Below, piece by piece: positions 39,201 through 52,200 of a stretch of DNA of 64,000 nucleotides. This DNA is from Phoronis australis (taxonomy: Eukaryota; Animalia; Phoronida), in contig NMRA01000131.1 in NCBI GenBank assembly GCA_002633005.1, positions 621,808 to 685,807 on the forward strand, read 5' to 3'. Under the pieces are notes generated by a model. That model was not told the origin of the DNA. It worked only from the letters and a program-made list of their open reading frames with translations, and ran no database searches. A program made the position numbers and the translations under genes. The stretch's first letter is position 1. Each line of letters begins with the position of its first letter.

Positions 39201-42200
39201 GTCTGGCCAGAGTCACTACCAATGTTTCAGGGAAATGAAATGTCAGAGAAAACCACAAAGCATTGACTTTGACAGATGCCAAATTTCAACCTCAACACTG
39301 AAAGAATCCAGGAATAAAAATAGCCAGCATAAAAACCTTGCATCAGACATACATGGCCATTGAAAACACATCTATAAATAATCAATTAGCCTTGCCAGGT
39401 GGGGCTTAAAGGTAAATCAGAAAGTTCCCCCACTGAGGATAGTCTTTTGAGAGCTGACTTAGAATAACAAACTGTGAAAGACAACTGGACCAGTCAGCAA
39501 AAGCAAGACAAAGAGTTGCATGGTGACTAGTCAACATGAGACAGTTTCCAACTTTTTACCTTGTAACATGTGTCTACAATCAATAGTCAACGTGTACAGA
39601 CATGTTTAAGACATCTGTCGACAAATGGCCAAATGTTTGTGAAAGGAAAGAGCAAGTGTTTTGAGAACGGGGACAGAAAACTAAGCAGGAGTTTTGAGAA
39701 TGAATAAAAATCTGAGCAAATATCTTGTGATCTCTCAAACAGGAACTTACCTAAGAAAAGTTTGCCCCAAGACTTACTCTAAAATGGCAGTAAAAACTCA
39801 GAAATACTGATTGGAAGATAATGACAAAAATGGTTTATTAAAGAAAATAAAAATTTCCAAATCAGTTCAATTAGATAATTAGAAAATTATTAAACAAATT
39901 CAAGTTGAATGGGTCAAAACTCAGATCAATTAAGCAGTCGCCCCCTGCCCCCCTATCAAATATCTTGTTTATTTATGAGCCAGAGTTGAAACTAACAAGT
40001 GCCCCATTTTGCTAAGGACAGACTGACAAGACAAAGTTAGCAAATACAGGACAGAAAATTGTACTTTTCATTTGTCCAGACATTTGGTAATTGGAGAATT
40101 ATCTTTAGATAGCTGTACAAGCTGTTACAGAGCTTAACACATAATGAGAATGTCTAGACATAACTCAATACACCAAAACACAGCATCAGTTTTAGAGACA
40201 CATAGGTGGTAGACACACTTTGGCCCAGTGCCAGCCATTGTGCTGCTATGAACTGTCACTCACTTACACAAGGGTTCTGACACTGGCAAAATCTTAATGC
40301 ACCTTTCCAAAATCAACTTGCAAGAAACAATTATATAAACACAATGGCAATTATCTATAAATAATTAGTGGGAAATGATGACGTAAATAATCGTGTTAGT
40401 GTCGTTTAATAAACCAATTGATTACGCAGCACAATTCATATATCGATATTCAGTAGAATCCAATAGCTAAATGTTTTCTTATGGTGCGGATAACTGTGAT
40501 CACATCAAATGTGTGGAAACACCAAAACAGTTAGAGTACTATACGTTTGTTACATATCACCCAACAGAGAATCCGACAAAAATGCACCTAGTAACCCTTA
40601 ATTGCTTGATATGACAATGTTGGTTACTTGAACACGTTGTTGATCTTAAGCCAGGTGTACATTTAATCTCATTAATCTACTCTAGTGCTGTAGTGAAGAC
40701 TGCTAATAAAAGAAATAAAAATAGCATTTTGAAGATTTCCCTGCCCAAAGCAGCAAGTGTATATAAATACATTATGCCTGGCTTTTCATGTGGAAGTTTT
40801 ACAAATATGATGGCATTGCACTGACTTCACAGATATCATTTGAATGGAAGCCAAGATACACAGAAGCATAAATCTAAAATTTACACTTGAATAATTAAAG
40901 AAAGAATGAACTTAACGACACTAACAAGGTAAACAAATCAAACAGACTAAACACAGGTCTAACAGATGTTTGTTTACACTTAAGGACCAATTCTAATCTG
41001 TTGAAGCTGATATGAGTTATGAACAGCAGGTAAACTACATAAGTCAATAGATTTCATTAAGAGTTGAAAACAAACAACAAAATGCTTTCACAGAAACATA
41101 AGACATCAAGTTCCCTTACATTTGACTATTTGTCATTACTCGCACTCCTTGAATCAATACTTCTAATACTCCAACAAATCTTCATTCATGAATGTAAAGA
41201 CCATGATTTTCCGGTAAACGGAATTCACGGAATCTAAAACTTTTACATGGAATTGGAGATTTCTAACAGAATACCCATATTTCAGTAGCAGATGCACAAC
41301 TCTAAGAGCGTAATAATAGTAATAGCTGGATGTAACGTGCTTGTATTTTGAGAGCCAGTTTGATACCCGTTCTCAAAATTCGAGAACGTTATATCCGACC
41401 ATTACCCGTCATCTATTTTATTCTTAATACCAAAAATTTAGAAATAAATGTAATCCATCAAATTCATCATTCTGGCCCATTTTGGACCTGACATGTTGAA
41501 GTACTTGTTCATTCTCTCTGAAGGTAGCACTGTTTTTCCCCAGTTTTGAGTTCAACAAATACCATGGCATACAGCACTTTGTAAGAGTTCAACAAATACC
41601 ATGGCATACAGCACTTGGTAAGAGTTCAACAAATACCATGGCATACAGCACTTTGTAAGAGTTCAACAAATACCATGGCATACAACACTTGGTAAGAGTT
41701 CAACAAATACCATGGCATACAACACTTGGTAATTGAATAGAGCTCATGACACATAGTTAATAGACACTTTATGTCATGCACTATAAAATACTAAGAATGA
41801 ATTTCTCTGTTTTTGAAAACGGATAACCAGGGTCCCTACTTATGTGTACCTTACATGATATGACAAGGCCATTAAAGATTGGTAAAACATATCCCCCCCC
41901 CCCCCGCNCCCGGCATCTCACCATGAAGATTTTTATCACTCAAGTTTCGTGACAAAGAAATTTCAGCCCTATCAGATTATAGTTTTTCAAAGTGTGTGAC
42001 AAAGAGAAAATGACCTTCTATGAACAGGATCCTACAGAGTGAGGTTGGAAAATTCAATGACATTTCATGGGATTTAAGCCTTACCAACACCATCAGCAGG
42101 ACAAGGCTCGACACTAACAGTACCCCAACTGCCAGACAGCAGGAAACATTTGTTGTCTGGCATATGATATTTCCTAATAACATGCTAAGTGAGCTAAATG

Positions 42201-42965
42201 ATTTGAGCAGTAAACTTGTAAATCTAAATTCAATGTTACACAAACTTACAAACGTTTGGATGATTATTGACTAGAATGGTCTACTGAATAACTTGGGCAA
42301 CCAAGTTTTTCTTGCAGGAAAGTTTACTTGCTTGACAGGCAAAAAAAGTTATTTCAAGTCCTGTGGTACATGGTAACATTTCACAAAAACTTACCTCTGG
42401 CTGTTGGATGGACTGGCTGTTCAAAACTAAATGAACAGAAGTCATGTTCATCACCAGAGCCCAGCTGCCAGTGGACGGCCTCACTAATTACTTGACTAGA
42501 TGGTGACGGAGTCTGAGTTGCTCTGTGCTGAATACTCGCTTCACCAGGGAAATTGCCAAACATTCCCGTAGAGTTTCGGTGAGCAAGTGTCCGATGTGCA
42601 GTTGTATTTCTCCCATTGTGTTGCCGCCTCGGTATAGGTATCGGTCGAGTTACTGGGGTGGACGATTCCACCAATGAGGCACTTCCATGGTCACTTTGAA
42701 TACCTTCTCTGAAGACATCTTCTGAATCCACATTTCCACTATCTTCCAGATCAAACAGAAAATGCCCTGCACCTCCAGTGACACTGGCTGGTGAGTCAAT
42801 GCCAATCCCACTGTCTCTGTTAGATGATGACAGTCTACTAGAAAAAGGCGACTTGATGGGACCCCCTGGGGACCTGTCTCTGCTCGTCGCCTCTTTTTGT
42901 TTGAGAGACATTTCACGCAGTCTTACTGCAGAAGTGTTCATGTCCTCTTCACGTGTTTCAGTCAT
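30216..42965 (-). CDS. BH3-only pro-apoptotic protein (Bim/BCL2L11-like with a Bad-like phosphomotif), 3 coding exons, ~316 aa
   Basis: Exons (minus) 42965-42395, 38632-38409, 30371-30216; intron phases 1 and 0 match. BH3 motif VGQELQRLGDDFH (cf. Bim IAQELRRIGDEFN) and LC8 motif HRATQTPSP (cf. Bim DKSTQTPSP). The composition is low-complexity and disordered, with no BH1/BH2. The last exon is less certain. Confidence 0.82.
32721..32804. repeat. 40-bp tandem duplication
   Basis: GTCTTGTAAACATTAT.AACGATACTGCCATCTAGTGACA occurs twice. Confidence 0.9.
37593..38325. repeat. Near-identical 310-bp direct duplication containing a MITE half
   Basis: Copies at 37593-37902 and 38016-38325; I noticed only one substitution; an 'n' lies at 37903. 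Confidence 0.9.
41548..41732. repeat. 37-bp minisatellite, 5 copies
   Basis: GAGTTCAACAAATACCATGGCATACAGCACTT(T/G)GTAA head-to-tail. Confidence 0.95.
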
Positions 42966-44021
42966 TAGGTTATATTGCTGAAAAAGATGAGACAAGTGTA
43001 AGAAGATGTTAAATGACCTCAAAGTGGAAGAATTAGATAATCATCCATCCAAATAGCTTTACATGACCACCGAAGTGTGAATGCCAGATTACACAGAAAA
43101 AAGTCTAAATGTGAATCTCACTCACATGGATACCATGACCAATAAAATTGATATCTACTAAAATTTGAAAATAAACATAGGAAAAACTGATTTTTTTGCT
43201 TTTACAATGACGCACCTCAGCTCAATAAGTCAAAATTTCAAAAACACAGGTGACTTAGTTTAAATGCCTGGACCTATAATTGGATCTCAGGAAATTCGAA
43301 GATTCAGCAAAAAAGTTACTTTTGAACACTAACAAAAAGATCCAGAGAATATAAAAAATTCAGACAGCAGTTCACACATCTCAGGTCTGACAGGTGAATG
43401 GGACACAAGTCAGTGACACTTGGTTTATTAAAGTAACTAAGGCAAACTCAAGACACCTATTTCAGGTTTGTAACCTGTAACTGATAGAACATTGACACCT
43501 GTGGTCAATAACACTTTATTTACACATGATTTGTTTGGATACAAAGAAATTTGGATGACCTCCAAATCACAAATGGCAACAATTAAATAATAAACTCTGA
43601 CGTTTTCATGGATTTCTAACAAATATAATTTGACAAAACATAAAAGAAAATCAAAAACACTAAAGAAAAGTTTATTGATGACTTTGTGATGACAAGAAGT
43701 CACGATTAAATCCATTCGTAAAAATTTGTCACTTTGGTTAGTGACAAACAATAGAGTAATTGCTTACATCATCATTATTTGACCAGCAGTAACCAAGGAG
43801 AAAAGACCGCTACAACATCAACAAATCCCTTTAAAAGTTAATATTACATATCAAACTCGATGATATGGAAACGATCGTGAAGAAAGTAAAAATAGCAGCA
43901 AAATGATACAAGTAACGCAGTCACAATAAAAGTATTGCGTCGCCCTTTGCTCAAGCTGTCCTGGGCTGTGGGGTGATCGTCCTGGAATCAATCGGATGAA
44001 ATTGGATGGACAAGAACTCAC

Positions 44022-44230
44022 CTTAATTACATGGAAACGAACACAGACTAGATCGCTTCGGTCTGAGAAACGTTCATAAACAAAATGAATCACTCACACA
44101 AAGTTGTACAACGTTCCCGCGAAAACTTTTCGAACAAACTATTCAGGACCGAGCAAAAAGTGGTTTGTTTTGGTCGATGATGTCATCCACGAGTAAATCT
44201 CAACCAATCAGATTGCGCATTCAAAAACAA
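44022..44230 (-). promoter_or_regulatory. Putative non-coding first exon and promoter of the BH3-only gene
   Basis: Strong minus-strand donor AAG|GTGAGT at 44022/44021, an acceptor before 42977, CpG enrichment and a CCAAT box near 44204. Confidence 0.45.
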
Positions 44231-44656
44231 GTCCGGACACGACGTTTTGGGTGAAAATCTAGGAGAAACTTCACATAATTCCTAATTTTGTTGACTGGAA
44301 AGTTTTGGGTAAAATCCCATAACAAACATACCAGATAGGCTGATTATCGCAAGGCTTTTGCGATGCATACACACACAGATTCAAATTTATCACACCATAC
44401 GAGGTCACAGGTCACTCTCGCGAATTACCACGGGATTTGCAATGGCGGACTTTATGGAAGTTTTGAATGCGTTTGCCGGACAGATGTACAATACTTGGTT
44501 TTCCTTGGAATCTCCGTTATAATTCTGTCCATAGACTCGCAGATCTCGTACCCCACTGATATCCAACAGGTATATTGGAAACTCAGATTAGTAATGTTCC
44601 ATTTAAGGGATTTTAACTATCCGGAATGCAAGTTCACCAGCCTCCCGTTCAGTAAC

Positions 44657-44780
44657 GCTAGGTCTAGGACCTAGCTTAAAAGCAAGACTTTGCGATATTA
44701 CGCATGATATTGCCGTGTATTTTAAATAAGAGCACGTGACCTTGACTAGCTTTTGGCTAGGTCCTAGCGTAGGTCCTAGC
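44657..44780. repeat. Short inverted-repeat (fold-back/MITE-like) element
   Basis: CTAGGACCTAGCTTAAAAGC ... GCTTTTGGCTAGGTCCTAG imperfect inverted arms. Confidence 0.5.
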
Positions 44781-45450
44781 ATCTACTGAACGCACGCCTG
44801 GTTGCAGTAGAGACCAGCAGGACGAGTGATGAGACATACCGTCTTACGCAGCGCCATCTATACTGAAAAGTGACCCTATGGAAACATGATGAACGTCGCA
44901 CGGAATTCCGTGTGTGGGCATCAATACGCATGCCTTTTTCCAGAAGTGTACTGATCACATCGCCACCACTATGCCTTTATGCACTGCCACTGTACTTGTT
45001 TGGGCTTATTAAGCCACTAGATCGTATTGTAGTGACTAGTGAGACGTCACTTGACCTGTCTCACTGCTGCGCTGGCCTTCTGCCGCGCGCGCCCTCTGTC
45101 GGCATCGAGAGACGACTGCTGCTCGTCTCGGAGACTGCCGACGTTGGCTGTCCGGCCCATATGCCGGTAATGGCCAATGAGGGCGCATCATGAATATTAA
45201 TTAAGCGGCCCTGCGGCCGATACACATGTTGGGATGCAGAGCGGCATTCGATACCCAGACCACACACCTAAGCAGAACTATTGAGCTCGACCACGGACAA
45301 CTAAGATGTAAGGTAAGACACCTTTGAGGAATCACTACAGTATCATAGGGAATGACCATCGCCTCTGTTGGCCCGACCAGAGGCGATGCAGCTCTTATAG
45401 GCGCTCCATACGCCGGAAGCTTTTCGGCGAATTATGCCTCGCACCGACTA
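44780..45450. ncRNA. Candidate structured RNA element of unknown family
   Basis: GC-rich island with many local hairpins and nested long-range helices (listed in findings); G-U pairs mostly favour the + strand; no credible ORF. Confidence 0.35.
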
Positions 45451-46019
45451 AAACATCGAAGTCACCTCGTTATAAATACCTTTTACGCATAGAGGAACAC
45501 CTTAGGAGGTTGTCGATGTGTTTAATTCCTTCCAACTCGAACAAGTACTCCCGTTATCAAACATTTTCTTCGAGCAGTCTACTAGTTGTGTGTGGCTTAG
45601 CCGTGGTGCAAAGCTGTACACTAAATATAAAACTTTGTGCCGATGTGAGTAAAAAACTGGCCAAATAAAATATGATTCAAAATTAGTGTTCTTAAAGCTA
45701 CACTCTTCCTTGAGTAAACTAAATTATTTACCGGTGTTAGAAAAATTGGTGTTCTACTGTTATTCTCCTGCAAAAGTTGTGGAGCGATGCTTTGCGTCGG
45801 TTTTCAGTGCCAGGAAATATTGCGTCACCTGTGGCCAATTTCTTTTTTCCTGATTTGTCATTCGCGTTTTCTGCCACGAGGTTGCGCACAAATTATCTGA
45901 ACTGGTTTCCCATTTCCTTACAAGTTTTTAGTATTTTAATACCAACAAACCAAATTTCAGAACAAATTTTGGTGTTGCGAAGCTGACATCTTCTCCCAAG
46001 AGATGTCACAAAAATTTAA

Positions 46020-46157
46020 GAAATGGCGTGTGCTCATGTCACGAGCGCACTGTTTTCAAAATGACGTCAGACTTTTCTTTGTTAAAAAAGCGGAGAATTA
46101 TGCAAGAAAATGATGTTTATTGTATTGCTTTCCCCTTGAACAGCTGCAATGGGCAAG
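46020..46157 (+). promoter_or_regulatory. Putative promoter and non-coding first exon of the kinase gene
   Basis: YY1-like AAATGGCG (~46021), a full CRE TGACGTCA (46062-46069) and a strong donor AAG|GTGAGT at 46157/46158, upstream of the acceptor at 49200. Confidence 0.4.
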
Positions 46158-46477
46158 GTGAGTGTTGGGTGACTCCCAGATTTTACATACATCTCCACCA
46201 GTCATTAGCTCTAGATGTTGATATAAGTTTAACAACGAGGTGACGATCAAAAATGTCCAGGCTGTGTGAAATTTCGGGTTTTAACGGAGCTCAACACACA
46301 GTGGTACCTAGCTGTATTTTGACGATAGTCTTCATCCAGCTAGCTGGTTGGCTATGTGTGAGTGATCGTTAAAACATGGCTAGGAATAAAAAAATGCCAA
46401 AAATAAAGAAAACTCCCCTTTTCAGTCCATTGAAGGGCTCTTTGTGGTCATTTTGTGACAAAATTTGTATGCCCAAC

Positions 46478-48015
46478 AGCTCATACTTTTTATGCTAAAC
46501 ATATTTATCATCTCTGTCCATCCGTATGTATTTCCAAAGCCCATTTATGTATGTTGATGAAATTATGCAGACGTGATTCTTTCATGGATGGGACAGCACA
46601 AGAGAATTTTCAAAGGGACCCGACTACCGGTGTGTCCCCTAGTGGCTTTTTTAATGTTTTATGTTTGCCTCTGTTTCTTTGGTGTTCCTTGAAGAATTTT
46701 CATGAAATTTGGCCAATAGGTATCTATTGAGGTGATGCCTTCTTCACATTTTGAAATAGATTTGGCATAGTTTGCACTACCTAGTGACCATTTTTACTGT
46801 TTTCAATCTGTTTTTTGTTGTTAGCCCCTCTCTAGACCCAACCTATGCAAAGGTAATCATGAAAAGTTACAGATCTACGTTCCTACTGGGAAGAGGACGG
46901 CTGGCGATGATTTTCGGATGGCTCTGGCTACAGTGACTTCTCCTTGTGGCATTTTGTTTTTTTTTTGTGTTCATGGTTATATCTGCTAAACCTCCCGCAG
47001 GATATTTGTTAAATTTTACTAGTTCATTAGTACGAAGATGACAACAGGTGACATCGACTTTCAGGCACAGTGCACACCAGTGGCAATTTTATTTTTTCCA
47101 TTTTTGTCTCTACCTTTGGAGTTCCTCGGCGGATTTTTATGACATTTGGTAAATAGATTTCTATTAAAGAGATGATGACATCTTTTCATTTTCAGATGGA
47201 TTTGATGTAGTGCACGCCACCTTATGAACATTTTTACTATTTTTGAGTCTGTATTTGACGTCCACCTCTCTGGTGGCCAAACCACTCATAGAATGATAGT
47301 GAAAATAGACATATATCTTCTTACTGAGAAGAGGCCATGTGACGATGGTTTTTGGACAGCGCCGATTTCTGTCGCACCTCCTAGTGGCAGTTTTGTTTTC
47401 GTTGCGTCGGTGGCTGTATCTTCTAAACCCTGTGTAGGATCGTTTTAATTTGGCAAATGTATTTGATGACTATGGATGATGACGATGTTCGGTCGGATCT
47501 GGCTCCTGCCATGCTCCAATTTTTATTTGGTAAATAGTTTTCTATTAATTAGGCGATGACACATTTTCATTTTCAGATGGATTTTACGCTGTATACACCT
47601 CCTAATGGCCCTTTTTTATTCTTTAATCTGTTTTTGATGTCCATCTCTCTATCGACCAAAGCACTCTAATTTTTATGAAAATTGGAAAATGTGGTCTTAG
47701 TGGGAAGAGCATTGCTGACAATTTTTGGACAGTTTGACTACTTTCCCCTTGTGGCATTTTGCTTTTTTCTCATTCGCAGCTGTTTCTCCATGCTGGATCT
47801 TTGTGAAATTTGGCAAGTGTATTTCCATGAAGGTGACAACAGATGACGACTTTTGGACGTCTATGGCTGCCACCATGGTCGCAGTATCAGTTTTAATTTC
47901 TTTTTTTTTGGCTTGGGAAGTGTTTCTATTGAGGAGACCATTGCTGACTTGCTATGCACACCCTGGAGGCTATTTAAAGTTTACTAGCATTGCTCCATTT
48001 AGGGGGTATGTTTAA
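46478..48015 (+). mobile_element. Helentron/HINE-like non-autonomous element with diverged internal tandem units
   Basis: 5' TCTGTCCATCCGT microsatellite-like head, internal units sharing GACTACCGGTGTG.CCCTAGTGGC and CATGAAATTTGG with 56718-58400, and a 3' end GCATTGCTCC...GGGGGTAT. Family assignment is inferred from architecture. Confidence 0.6.
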
Positions 48016-48144
48016 CATAGTAATCATCCCTTGTATCTGTGCTATATGCGATGCACACGGTGGGCGCATATTAACACTCTGCATTGCTTTTGTTTGTATT
48101 CTCGGTGTCTGTTAGTCTGTTTGAAAATAAATACATTGTACATT

Positions 48145-48551
48145 CTGGGCCCGGTCTCTAATCTTTGTACTCGAAACGAACTCGAAACTATTTTTGGCAA
48201 TTTCTCTGCTCCTTTTGTGCAAACTTAAGATAATTGGTTATCAGACTGTGCTCGAATACATTATAGTTTATGCATAGGAGTTTCTAGTTCAAGTTTGCCC
48301 TTGAAGACCCTTAAATTCATGCTACAAACTCGAGTAAAAACTCGAAATTTCGAGTTCAAACTCGAACTTGTTGCTTTAATATTGGGTTTACAAACTGTGA
48401 ACTAAGGGCAATAAATTATCCACGTAAGTTATTGTGTACTCGAGCATAGAATAATAGACACTTATCTTGAGTTCGCCCAAAAGTAGAGTACAAAATGCCA
48501 AACCAAATTTCGAGTTCCATTTCGAGTAAAAAGATTGGAGACCGGGCCCAG
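48145..48551. mobile_element. MITE with ~40-bp terminal inverted repeats
   Basis: CTGGGCCCGGTCTCTAATCTTTGTACTCGAAA ... TTTCGAGTAAAAAGATTGGAGACCGGGCCCAG; a decayed partial copy lies at ~740-890. Confidence 0.85.
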
Positions 48552-49299
48552 GTTAATGTCACTAACTTGCAGTACACTCCCACTTTTGTAGCTGAGAAAA
48601 TTTCTCAGGCTTTTCAGACTTTGATTTAATTGGAGTTAGTTAAAGACTTATTGTCATTGGAATTTGATTAAATGATAAACTTCAACATTTTGTGATATCA
48701 ATTTGACATGGGTGAGCTTGCAAGTACTGTAGTAACTCAAGGGCCTCAGTCGCTAGAAACTTACAACGTCTGAGATTGTCTTAAGACATTGGACTGGGCA
48801 TTGTGTCACAAACGGGTAATATTGACCCAAAACGTTCCTTAAATGCAACATCAATATGTTGTCATTTGCATTTTATAACGCTCATTCTGTTGCCATTGGA
48901 TTTTGGTTCCGTTGTTGTGATGATACTGAGAACTATCTTAGGATGGTGACCAACTTTCTATTGTTGAGGTGGTGAGTTGAATGTTAGCTCTGACTGGGCA
49001 TCTTAGTGGTCTTGACCTCTTGTGCACTGAGTCACCAAGAGACAACCACATGCCACGTTCCTGTCTGAAATTCTGCTTATATAATAAAAATCACGTGCAA
49101 AATGCAGAAATTTTGACAAATAAAATCCAAAGCAATGCCATGATACATTTTGGTGTACATTTTGGAATCGCTAATGTCTTTTTTACTGGTTTGTTTGTAG
49201 GTCATGGAAATTGGTCACCTTTGGCATATTCCTCGACAATGTGATATTGAGTGGCTGTATCAGACATGAGATCAGTACACTCCTGGATTGACTGCAGCA

Positions 49300-52200
49300 A
49301 TGGAATCTGGGCGTCAAAGCAAGTTTATTGTACCACAGAGGTTAATATTGTAAAGTGGTAACATTCATTTGTAACTTAAAATTTCATTTCTGTCCACAAC
49401 TCTTGCAATGTTGCACCGTACATGCCGAGTCAAAGTGCATGTTCGCTTAAAATGTTTCTGAATGGCCACAGAACTTTGTATTAATATGGCATACACTTCG
49501 AAATAATTTGCTTATTTGTTACTAGAAACATTAGAAACTTAGAAATACTGCATTTTTGAAATTTTTGGATATTGGTGAAAGAAAATATAGAGATGCTAAA
49601 GGTAAAGTATACAAGCTTTCTTGCAAGATGTCTCGATAAATTGACTGTAAAAGTGACACTATGCTTAATTGCTGAAGAGTGAAGTACTTATGTCAACTGA
49701 ACATTAATCTTGAAGTAAAATTTCTGCAAATTACGACAAACCTAGATACTATACCGCAATTGAGTTGACATACGATCAAAAGAACATTTAGCTCCCCTCC
49801 GTATGTAGTTTGTGTTTCTGATTGTAATGTCTCTGTAAGCCGTGTCTTCAGATTTGTGTTCCACCAATCTCCCTTTTGTTTGCTTAGGGGTGGATACTCA
49901 CTTCGAAAAATCCCCCCACCCCAGGTCCACCTATTGGCCTATACTACAGGAGGCATGCAGCTGTTGTATGAACGTTGTAAACAAAAGGGAATGCCACTTC
50001 CAGGTAAGTTGTTTCATGGTCAGTGATTTTTTTTACATAACACATTGAAAGTGTTTTTACCTTGTTGAGAATCGGCCCATGCATTAGCCACCTAGCTAGC
50101 TATGTATAACTGAATGTCAAAACACAGCTAGGGAACAATATGGGGCACTAGTAAAAAGTTTGTCAATTTTAGTGAAACTCGCTTTTTCAGTTCACCACAA
50201 CTGTATTTGCGGTTTGATTAGATCAACCAGGATGCTCTTGATGCAGGGCCATCTATTGATTAAATAGTAATCTAATTGCTGTAGTTGATTGACTCCTCTG
50301 GTGTCTACTGTATCAGTCAGATCAACTTTGTGCTATCTTTGATTGGTTGACACTCTGCTCATGCACTGATAAGATATCTTTGTTGGATATCCTGAATGGC
50401 CCGCCATACACTGGGAGAGTGAAATGTGCGTAGTTTGTCAATATCCCTACATTTAATGACATTGTATTTTATTTATACACTCTTCCAATTGATTTTAAGT
50501 TTGTATATATACTTCAATTCTTGCTGAGGATGTTATGTAAAACTAAAACACATCTACATGCACGTACTACCAAATCATTTTGTGCATTTCATGAGAATGT
50601 TGGTTGTAATATTTGTTAGTTTGTGTATATTAGCATACTAGAATAAAACTTACACAAGTCAGATTGCTTTTATTCAAGCACTGCGAAATCCAACTGCATG
50701 AACTCAAACAACTTTTCTGTGGAATTTTGCCCGAGTTAAGTGAAAACCTGACTTCTGCATGGCCGACTTGTTCAAGTTTTACTGTCCTTCATTCAAATAA
50801 TGTTTATTGTCAATTTGACCAGACGCATTATGCAAAATCTTCATTTCATTTTTTTTACAGTTGCCAGTATAAAATCATGTGACACTGTGTACATTAAAGC
50901 GGGATGACAAGGTTTTGTTCCCTCAACTGTAGTGAAATTACCTGAAGATAGTTTGTCATGCATCTTGCCAAATAAGTGTGTATATATTGTGACATTTTGT
51001 TAACTTAACAGAAGAGAAACATCTTCTATTGTTTGGTTTCAGAGTATGGCAGGTTCACCAATAGTTCAGGCCATTTTTCCCCGGAGTTAGGTATGCCGCC
51101 CCTTGCCCTGCGTTATCAGTACACTGAAACCATTGGTCAAGGACAGTCCTCGTTATTCATTAAAGCCAAGGTAGATTTACAATATCTCCAGTACATATTA
51201 GAAAGAATAAAAAAATCACTGAGAATTCTTGTGCTAACTACTGAGTGCAAGAGGACAATTCCCTGTCAGAACAGTTCAGTGCACTTAGAATTCAATGTCA
51301 TAGTGAATAATGGGCCACGATTTACCAGTCATGACAGGAAAATTAATTCTATCTAACTGCTTTTTTGCGTGTGTTGTATCTTGAAAATGTTGAATTAGTT
51401 AAAGGTATGTCTTTATTGTATGAGTTGTATACACTACTTTAGAAATGCAGCATTAGATTAATATTTTCATTGAAATGGCCATATGACCAGTGAAATTAGC
51501 TTGACAACCAATGAAAATAGACAGATGACCGGTGGACAAATAGTTTAAATTGTTTTATTGAAATTTGTCAACTCTTTGAAAGTGCTTATTGGTCACCAAA
51601 GTATCACAGGTTTCCTAAACTGGACAAAATAAATATTTCCATGTTTCAAATAGATTATGTAATGATCTCAACAAGCGTGTAAAAAGTTTTGAATATGCAG
51701 GTGACATGTTGTAAAAGATAGTGAGAATATTCTTTGTATGTTCTAGAATTTTAGTGACGTAGCTCTTGCTTTGACAAGTTACTATGATATTCATAACACT
51801 TTGGATAATGGATATAAAGACAAGTTACTATGATATTCATAACATTTTGGATAATGGATGTAAAGACAAGTTACTATGATATTCATAACATTTTGGATAA
51901 TGGATATAAAGACAAGTTACTATGATATTCATAACATTTTGGATAATGGATATAAAGACAAGTTACTATGATATTCATAACATTTTGGATAATGGATATA
52001 AAGACAAGTTACTATGATATTCATAACATTTTGGATAATGGATAAAGACATAATCCAGAGAAGAAAACTTGTTTACTTTCTGATTCTGGTGTATTCTTTG
52101 CTTTACTGTTCAGTTCAATTTATTTAAAAGATTAAAGATCTCACTGTTTGGCACAGCTTGTTCTTTCATGAATTTTTCTCTTTAGTTTATTTGTCAGCCA

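Noticed and set aside
44700-44756. CTTGACTAGCTTTT resembles a Y RNA 3' end
   Set aside because: No matching 5' GGCTGGTCCGA strand, an internal T4 run upstream, and the sequence is explained as an arm of an inverted repeat.
44886-44954. C/D snoRNA-like ATGATGA...CTGA
   Set aside because: No terminal stem and no recognisable rRNA guide; kept only as part of the larger structured element.
45309-45318. CTTACCTTAC on the minus strand as a possible telomerase template
   Set aside because: It would specify TAAGG rather than TTAGGG/TTAGG; no pseudoknot or H/ACA domain was identified, and it also reads as a + strand splice donor.
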